From: an uncultured bacterium
GTDB lineage: Bacteria > Chloroflexota > UBA5177 > JANWHV01
DNA: 64,000 bases
Assembly (NCBI GenBank): GCA_963729625.1
Contig: CAVSOU010000011.1
Coordinates: 608,001 to 672,000 of the forward strand
Direction: 5' to 3'
Program-made: the position numbers and the translations under genes
Shown here: positions 57,693 to 64,000 of the stretch, piece after piece
Position numbering within the stretch: position 1 is the first letter of the stretch
How the letters are laid out: every line of letters begins with the position of its first letter
The notes under the pieces: model-generated
Told to the model about the DNA's origin: nothing
Seen by the model: only the letters and a program-made list of their open reading frames with translations
Databases searched by the model: none

Positions 57693-59012
57693 TTACTTGA
57701 TCCCAACGAACGAGGTCACGCTCTCTCCGGCCAGGGTGGCCGCAACGACCGCACCGTGCACGGGCAGCGTGGGTAGCGGCGCGAGATCTTCATTGCGTGA
57801 GGTTCGGAACGGCCTCACCTGTGTGACCGGCGGAAAGCCGTCGAGTTGAAAGTCGATCCGCGCGGTGGCAGCGGCCGTGTTCACTGCGACGAGCACAAAG
57901 GCATCGCTCGAGGTATCTCTGAAGGCTGTAGTGCGGATGCGCTCCTGCGGTTCGGCATCGGCGTCGATGCGCGTCCAACCTGGCCTGACAAATCGGCTGA
58001 AGTTACCCATCACGTACAGCGTCTTGAGTACCTTGTAGGTTTGCGTCTCGAGGTCGAGCTGAAGCAAGCCACCACCCTGCTTCGGCTTGCACGAGGCCAG
58101 CCACCAATAGCACCAGGCGCTCACCCCAGTAATGGTCATGTGCTCGTGAATCATCGTGGCGATTCGCAACGCATCTGCGATCGTCCACTCGCCTTCGCTT
58201 TCTGCGCAGATTTCCGTCTGCCAGATCGGCATTTGGTGCGCCTTGGACAATGGAAACGCGTTCTTGCCGTAGTCATAAGCGTGCGTTCCGACGATGTCGA
58301 CGGCTCCGCGAGCTTCCGAGTCCTCGAATGTCTCGACCGCAAGCTCCTCGCTCAGCTTGGTCATCTCGGGCATGATTACCTTCGCGGCGACTTGATCCCT
58401 GGCCAGCGTCGGTCCGAGGTAATGCTTGATGAAGTCCCGGAGCTGCGCGCCGCTCCACCGGCACGAGGAGTAGCCAATCGTCAGGTCCGGCTCGTTGGTC
58501 GGCGAGATTGCATAGATGTCGAGGCCGTGCTGCTCCTTGTAGCCGGACACATACCGCGACAGGTAGTCGGCAAACGCCTGGTACTTGTCGGCTCGCAGCT
58601 CACCGCCATCCGTCACGCTGTTGTTGGTCTTCATCCAGGCGGGCGGACTCCAGACCGTGCTCATGAACCGCGTGCAGCCACGCCGCGCGGCCTCGCGCAT
58701 GAGCCACACCTGCTCCTCGTCGCCGGTCCAGCTCCAGACCCCTTCGCTGGGCTCGATGCTGGGAGTCGGGCCATCGATCTCGTCGCCCCACTCGCCGCCG
58801 TCGCCCACGACATTCCGCACGATACTCAGGCCGATGCCCTGATGCGGCGAGAAGAGGAGGTCCAGCATGGCGGAGCGCGCCGGCTCCGGGTAGCGCATCA
58901 GGTGACCCGCCTGGTGGAATGCGCCGCTAGCGCCGAACCCATCTATCTCCTGCCGCTGCGTCTGCCACGAGGCCGTGCAGGTTGCCGTGTCGATTCGCCC
59001 TTCCGCCACCAT
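57693..59012 (-). CDS. Glycoside hydrolase family 30 (xylanase-like), no signal peptide
   Basis: QEIDGFGAS, GIGLSIVR, WSPPAWMK, NEPD, WQTE, FSRFVRPG. Confidence 0.9.
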   Translation of the reverse strand: MVAEGRIDTATCTASWQTQRQEIDGFGASGAFHQAGHLMRYPEPARSAMLDLLFSPHQGIGLSIVRNVVGDGGEWGDEIDGPTPSIEPSEGVWSWTGDEEQVWLMREAARRGCTRFMSTVWSPPAWMKTNNSVTDGGELRADKYQAFADYLSRYVSGYKEQHGLDIYAISPTNEPDLTIGYSSCRWSGAQLRDFIKHYLGPTLARDQVAAKVIMPEMTKLSEELAVETFEDSEARGAVDIVGTHAYDYGKNAFPLSKAHQMPIWQTEICAESEGEWTIADALRIATMIHEHMTITGVSAWCYWWLASCKPKQGGGLLQLDLETQTYKVLKTLYVMGNFSRFVRPGWTRIDADAEPQERIRTTAFRDTSSDAFVLVAVNTAAATARIDFQLDGFPPVTQVRPFRTSRNEDLAPLPTLPVHGAVVAATLAGESVTSFVGIK

Positions 59013-59115
59013 TCCTTCCCCCTCCAGCGGGGATCCTGCTGCGGCCACCACCGCGTGCTACAGGTATCCATACGCGCATGGGGCCACGCTCGCGGTCGCA
59101 CATGCAGAGCAATAG

Positions 59116-59997
59116 TCACACTGCATTGAGCGCGCCCATGGTGAGGCCCTGGATGAAATTGCGCCGCTGCATCAGGTAGAACAGCACCAACGGCAAGGCT
59201 GAGAGCATGACCACCGTCAAGATCATAGGCATGTTGGAGCTGTACACCCCCACGTAGTTGGACACCGCCAAGGGCAGCGTCCGGTTGGTGTCCGACGTCT
59301 CCAGCACCAATGGAAAGATAAAGTTGTTCCAGTCGCCGATGAACGTGAAGATCGCCACCGTCGCCAGCGCCGGGCGAGCCAGAGGCAGGGCGAGCTGGAG
59401 GTACCGCCGCAGATAGCCGGCGCCGTCGATGCTCATGGCCAGCTCCAGCTCCTCCGGGATCGAGCGCATGAACGCCGCCAGAATGAACACGGTGATCGGA
59501 AGGCTCGTGCCCGCCAGGGGCAGCAGCAGCCCGATCAGCGTGTCGTACAGGCCCACGGAGATGGAGATGCGGTAGGTCGCGACGATCACGGCGTACACCG
59601 GCACCGCGAGGCCCGCCACGAACAGCATGTACAGCAGCCCGTTCAGGCGGCCGGGAATGCGCGCCAGCGCATAGGCGGCAAGGGAGCCGACAAACAGCGA
59701 GAGGAGCACCGCTCCGCATGAGGTGATCACGCTGTTGAGGAAGTAGTGAAGGAACTGCCCCGTAAGCGCCGTCTTGTAGTTGTCGAGCGTGGGATTGGAT
59801 AGGCTCCAGGCTGGGGTGTTCATGGCGTCCGCCTGCGACTTGAACGTCTCGAACACGACAAAGGCGAGCGGCAGGCCCACCACGGCCAGCCAGGCGATGC
59901 CGCCGAACAGCGCAAGAGAGCCTGTCGATGCTCGCTGCGGGTTGATGCGCCGCCATGCAGGGCGCTTGGAACGCTGCTGTGGGTACGCGACAGCCAT
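59116..59997 (-). CDS. Carbohydrate ABC transporter permease
   Basis: AAYALAR, IPEELELAMSIDGA, WNNFIFP, FIQGLTMGA. Confidence 0.94.
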   Translation of the reverse strand: MAVAYPQQRSKRPAWRRINPQRASTGSLALFGGIAWLAVVGLPLAFVVFETFKSQADAMNTPAWSLSNPTLDNYKTALTGQFLHYFLNSVITSCGAVLLSLFVGSLAAYALARIPGRLNGLLYMLFVAGLAVPVYAVIVATYRISISVGLYDTLIGLLLPLAGTSLPITVFILAAFMRSIPEELELAMSIDGAGYLRRYLQLALPLARPALATVAIFTFIGDWNNFIFPLVLETSDTNRTLPLAVSNYVGVYSSNMPMILTVVMLSALPLVLFYLMQRRNFIQGLTMGALNAV

Positions 59998-60010
59998 GGG
60001 CCGCTCCTTC

Positions 60011-60904
60011 CTACTCCTGGATCAGCCGGGAGAACCGGATGACAACCGCGGATATGACAATAGAGATGATGAACAGCAGGACGGCCAGCGCCGAGCCGTA
60101 CCCGATGTCCTGCTCCAGGAAGGCGGTGTGGTAGACGTAGTAGGCGAGCGTGTACGAGGACTGGCCAGGCCCGCCCGATGTCATGATGAAGATGAGGTCG
60201 AAGTAGCCGAGCGATCCGACGGCGATCAGTACGAACGCAGTGACGAAGGTCTTCTTGAGCAGAGGCATGGTGAGCCGGCGGAAGCTGGCCCAGGTCCCGG
60301 CGCCGTCGATGGCGGCCGCTTCATAGAGGTCGTGCGGGATGCCGACCAACCCCGCGTTGAAGATGAGGATGTAGCTCGGGATAAACTCCCAGAGCACCAC
60401 ACCGGAGATGGCCCAGACGGCAATCGAGCTATCGCCGAGCAGTATGGGTGCCGGTTGGCCGAAGGCGTCGAAGAGGTAGTAGAGCGGGCCAAACTGCGGA
60501 TCGAATATGTTGGCCCACGCCACGCCCACCGCGATTGAGGAGATCAGAATGGGAATGATGTAGATGGTGGAGAGCGCCGCTCCCAGCCGTCCTAGTCGCC
60601 GTATGACCAGGGCAATCGCGAGCCCGAAAGGTATCTCCAAGAGGGAGCCAGCGAGAATGATCCCTGTATTGCGCAGTGACGCCCACACTGTGCTGTCCTG
60701 GAAAAGCTGCCGCCAGTTATCCAGACCGACAAACTTCGGTGTGGCAATACCGTTCCAATCCAGGAGCGAATACCAGATCGAAGCGACCAGGGGATACAGG
60801 AGATAGACGCCGTAGAGCAGGAGCGCCGGAATCACGAACAGCAGGACGGCGGCATCCCGGCGCAGGGCTCGGCGCCTACGACCTGCGTTGACCTGCTCGA
60901 TCAC
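60011..60904 (-). CDS. Carbohydrate ABC transporter permease
   Basis: FVGLDNW, LYEAAAIDGA, GYGSALAV. Confidence 0.94.
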   Translation of the reverse strand: MIEQVNAGRRRRALRRDAAVLLFVIPALLLYGVYLLYPLVASIWYSLLDWNGIATPKFVGLDNWRQLFQDSTVWASLRNTGIILAGSLLEIPFGLAIALVIRRLGRLGAALSTIYIIPILISSIAVGVAWANIFDPQFGPLYYLFDAFGQPAPILLGDSSIAVWAISGVVLWEFIPSYILIFNAGLVGIPHDLYEAAAIDGAGTWASFRRLTMPLLKKTFVTAFVLIAVGSLGYFDLIFIMTSGGPGQSSYTLAYYVYHTAFLEQDIGYGSALAVLLFIISIVISAVVIRFSRLIQE

Positions 60905-61038
60905 CGTCTATTCTCCCTTCTCCTGGCGGATCACGCTCGCCGCCAGACCTACGCTGTGGCACGCAGCACCTTGTCCGCCGGATCTGGGCTTCAGTGTACT
61001 ACCTGCGCTTCCACAGCATTGATTTCCTGCTCGCCAGG

Positions 61039-61076
61039 AGGAGGAGAGCGTCGCCGGGTCCGGGCGCTCTCCTCCT
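61039..61076 (-). terminator. Stem-loop between SBP and permease genes (transcript stabiliser or partial terminator)
   Basis: AGGAGGAGAGCG (61039-61050) pairs perfectly with CGCTCTCCTCCT (61065-61076); no U-tract. Confidence 0.6.
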
Positions 61077-61111
61077 TCCGGCCCAGTTAACGGAGGTCTG
61101 CCGCTAACCGG

Positions 61112-62422
61112 CTAGGGGTTCTTGGCCCAATACGTGTCCAGACTGGCCTGCATCTTGCTGCAGAACTGCGCCGGCGTGATCGATAGGTTGAACAGCGTCC
61201 CCGTGAAGGTGTTTAGGTCATTGCCAGGACCGAGCGGCAAGAGCCGGTCGCCGGAGAGCTGGAAGCTCGTGGAGCCCTGCACCATCTTGATTTGCTGGGC
61301 CTCGACCGGATCCTTGACGGTGCTGAGATCGAGCGTCGCAACCGGGGGAATCTCGCCGTTCGCGAGAAGTTGCGTGACGAGGCTCGGGTTCAGGGCAGTC
61401 TTGAGATACGCGATCGCCGCGGCCGGGTTCTTGGAATCCTTGGTGACCGAGTAGTAGTTCGCCGGGTTGCCGATGAGATCGGTGATCTTGCCCTTGCCGC
61501 CGGGAACGGCGGGAACGGAGAATATGGAGATATCGGGAACGAGTTTGGGCGCGCTATCGCGTGCCATGCCGAGCTCCCAGACTCCCATGAACATCATGGC
61601 CGCACGGCCTGACCAGAGCAGCTTGTTGGCGTCCACGCCGGAACCCCAGTTGTACCCGGCGAAGCCCTTCTGGAAGGCACCCGCCTTCACGAGGTCCTGC
61701 GCCATTGTCGCCGCCTGGAGCCAGGCCGGCGAGTTGAACGAGGCGCCTGCCTTATGCGCCGAGATGTCGTTGAACGCGCTCGGCCCGCCGACGCGGTCGG
61801 CCAGGTATTGCACGATCTGCATCTCGGTCCACCCGGCCTGCCCACCGAGGGCGAAGGGAATGACGTTGTGGCTCTTCAGCGTGGCGACCACCTGCAGGAG
61901 TTGTGGCCAGGTGGTCGGTACCGAGAGACCATACTTGGCGAAGATAGCCTTGTTGTAGATGACAACCTCTGGCTGCGAATTGTTGTACGGCACGCCGTAG
62001 ACATGGCCATTGAACGTGGCGGTGGCAAGCACGGCGGCCTGATAGCGCGCCTTCCAGGCAGGATCGGCGTTGAGCACGCTGGTCAGGTCGACCACATCGC
62101 CGGCATCGACGAAGCTCTTCAGGCCGCCGCCGCCCCAGCCCATGAAAATGTCCGGCCCATGATGCGCGCCCATGGCCACGTTGAGCGCGGTGTCGTAGGC
62201 CGAGGTAATGGTGTTGTATTTCACTGTGATCGACGGATTTGCCTGGTGGAACGCGTCAGCCTCGGCCTGCAGGGCCTTTTGCTGCCACCCGGTCTGAATA
62301 TCCCAGACGGTGATAGTCGTGGCCGCCGCTGCCCGCGTAGGCACAGCGTGAGTGGCCGGGGTGACGAGAGAAATCAGGAGAACGGCAGTTAGCGCAACTG
62401 CAAGCTTAAAGTGGCTCCTCAT
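61112..62422 (-). CDS. Carbohydrate ABC transporter substrate-binding protein
   Basis: Sec signal peptide, PDIFMGWGGG, YNKAIFAKYG, LVKAGAF, GRAAMMFMGVW. Confidence 0.93.
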   Translation of the reverse strand: MRSHFKLAVALTAVLLISLVTPATHAVPTRAAAATTITVWDIQTGWQQKALQAEADAFHQANPSITVKYNTITSAYDTALNVAMGAHHGPDIFMGWGGGGLKSFVDAGDVVDLTSVLNADPAWKARYQAAVLATATFNGHVYGVPYNNSQPEVVIYNKAIFAKYGLSVPTTWPQLLQVVATLKSHNVIPFALGGQAGWTEMQIVQYLADRVGGPSAFNDISAHKAGASFNSPAWLQAATMAQDLVKAGAFQKGFAGYNWGSGVDANKLLWSGRAAMMFMGVWELGMARDSAPKLVPDISIFSVPAVPGGKGKITDLIGNPANYYSVTKDSKNPAAAIAYLKTALNPSLVTQLLANGEIPPVATLDLSTVKDPVEAQQIKMVQGSTSFQLSGDRLLPLGPGNDLNTFTGTLFNLSITPAQFCSKMQASLDTYWAKNP

Positions 62423-62709
62423 CAGTAAAACCCTCTCTGTTGTCCAACTGGTGATCCGCCTTCGAATCGGGACCGCATACAAATAATGCGATTGGCTGAG
62501 GGGTCGTCGCGGGCCTCGGCACTCGTACGAACCGGCAATCGCTCGTACGGCAAGGGGGCACGCGGCTATGGATAGCAATTCCGCGACAGGATTGTCAGAA
62601 CCGGCGCCCACGGGCGTCCGGTGTGTTGCATCTTCCCTCCTTTCTGGCTCCGGTCATGCCTATCGCGGCAAGTACACTGCAACAATCGGCTTGATCCGCG
62701 TGCGCTGAC

Positions 62710-62721
62710 TGAAACGCTCCG
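62710..62721. promoter_or_regulatory. Candidate LacI-family operator
   Basis: TGAAACGCTCCG, imperfect palindrome with central CG, between lacI and the SBP gene. Confidence 0.35.
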
Positions 62722-62831
62722 CGATCATGTGTTGCACACGTTTTCGGGTCGTCGCGACACTATCCTGGTTATCGAGCGCCTTCTTATGGTCGGAACAGAT
62801 GAGCGTGAAGCCATCGCGATGAATCTCCTGG

Positions 62832-63872
62832 CTAGCATGCATCGACTTGCGCGCAGGACTCCCTGGGTATCAGGGTCGTGGGCAATACCACGCCCATGCT
62901 GTCAAGGGACTCGTCATTGATCAGGCGCACGAGCATGCTCGTCGCCATGCGCCCCATGTCGGCAAGCGGCTGCCGGATGGTCGTGAGCGGCGGGGTCGAG
63001 ATCGCACTCATCGGCACGTCATCGAACCCCACCACGCTGAGGTCGCGCGGAACAGAGAGGCCGCGCACACGCAGCGCGCCGTAGACACCCATGGCTTGCA
63101 GGTCGCTGCCGGCAAAGATGGCCGTAGGCGGATCCGGCTGATCGAGTAACGCCGATGCTTGGGCAAAACCTGTCTCGTAGACGAACCCTCCCGGTCGGAT
63201 ATAGGCGGGAGCAACCGGGAGCCGAGCGGCGTGTAGCGCGGCCTTGTACCCTTCCTCTCGCTCACGGCTGCACTCGTAGGACGGAGGACCGCTGATCATC
63301 GCTATCCGCCGGTGCCCCAGCGACAGAAGATACTCCGTTGCCGCTCGCGCGCCGGCCCAGTTCGTGGCCCCCACCGACGGCACCCGCGCGCCAAGCCCGC
63401 CGCGATGGTCGATCACCACGAACGGCACGCTGTGTCGAACCAGCGTAGCAAGCCGATCGGACTCCCCATGGGCCAGAACCAGGATCGCGCCATCCGCGGC
63501 CCGGTCAATCACGGTCTCCAGCCACCGCCGCTCCCGCTGCAGCTTGTCGTGCGTCACGGTGAGCGCCATGCTCAGGCCGGCGCGCGACAGGCCATCTTCG
63601 ACGCCGACGATGATCTCGAAGATGTACGGGCTGTCCAGCCGCAACACGACCAAGTCGACCACGCCGGTCTGGCCACGGCGGAGACTGCGCGCTGCTCTGC
63701 TGCTCACATAGCCCAACTCCACGATCGTGCGGTGCACCCGTTCGCGTGTCGTCTTCGCGACCCCGTCTTGGTCGTTGAGCACTTTGGAGACGGTCGGGAT
63801 CGAGACCCGCGCAGCGAGTGCGACGTCGGCAATCGTGCGCCTGCGGGCAACGGTTACGGACTTCTCACCCAT
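62832..63872 (-). CDS. LacI family transcriptional regulator
   Basis: TIADVALAARVSIPTVSKVLN, PTAIFAGSD, DLSVVGFDD, LTTIRQP. Confidence 0.96.
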   Translation of the reverse strand: MGEKSVTVARRRTIADVALAARVSIPTVSKVLNDQDGVAKTTRERVHRTIVELGYVSSRAARSLRRGQTGVVDLVVLRLDSPYIFEIIVGVEDGLSRAGLSMALTVTHDKLQRERRWLETVIDRAADGAILVLAHGESDRLATLVRHSVPFVVIDHRGGLGARVPSVGATNWAGARAATEYLLSLGHRRIAMISGPPSYECSREREEGYKAALHAARLPVAPAYIRPGGFVYETGFAQASALLDQPDPPTAIFAGSDLQAMGVYGALRVRGLSVPRDLSVVGFDDVPMSAISTPPLTTIRQPLADMGRMATSMLVRLINDESLDSMGVVLPTTLIPRESCAQVDAC

Positions 63873-64000
63873 ATCCTGCGTCCGGGTCGTATATTGATAT
63901 CGGTAATTTTCTTCCCGACTCTAGCACCGATTTCCCACGCTGTCAAGGCATCCGGCAGCAGGAGCGGGGGGACAGGGATCGCCGTCGCGCCATGCCCCGG

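Noticed and set aside
1-64000. CRISPR arrays, tRNA/rRNA genes, prophage genes and the many long antisense ORFs
   Set aside because: No regularly spaced repeats, cloverleaf or rRNA signatures, or phage genes were seen; the antisense ORFs shadow well-supported genes, as expected at high GC.

Overview
A GC-rich bacterial window dominated by carbohydrate uptake and catabolism, and heavily scarred by insertion sequences and deletions. The XRE-STAND and XRE-TIR regulators suggest a soil Chloroflexota-like organism (inference only). From left to right: a partial branched-chain amino-acid ABC binding protein; a ferric-reductase / FMN-binding / c-type haem cluster preceded by Pho-box-like repeats; and a fructoside-type locus (sucrose phosphorylase remnant, two Gfo/Idh/MocA enzymes, Tat-exported ABC importer, aldo-keto reductase, GH172, GH32). 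That locus is built around an XRE-HTH/AAA/TPR (STAND) regulator flanked by two colinear 85-bp promoters carrying TGCGTG box arrays, which is the most novel signal in the window. Next comes a junk-rich interval with two intact IS elements, toxin-antitoxin, methylase and transposase fragments, and two orphan secreted proteins. It is followed by an erythritol/threitol-type tetrose pathway, an XRE-TIR gene fragment, several glycoside hydrolases (DUF5060/4038/5605, GH39, GH95), a GntR-linked catabolic operon with a split transketolase and an unassigned GH-like protein, and a LacI-controlled ABC/GH30/GH43 locus. I saw no rRNA, tRNA or CRISPR array. All family calls come from recognised motifs, not database searches.
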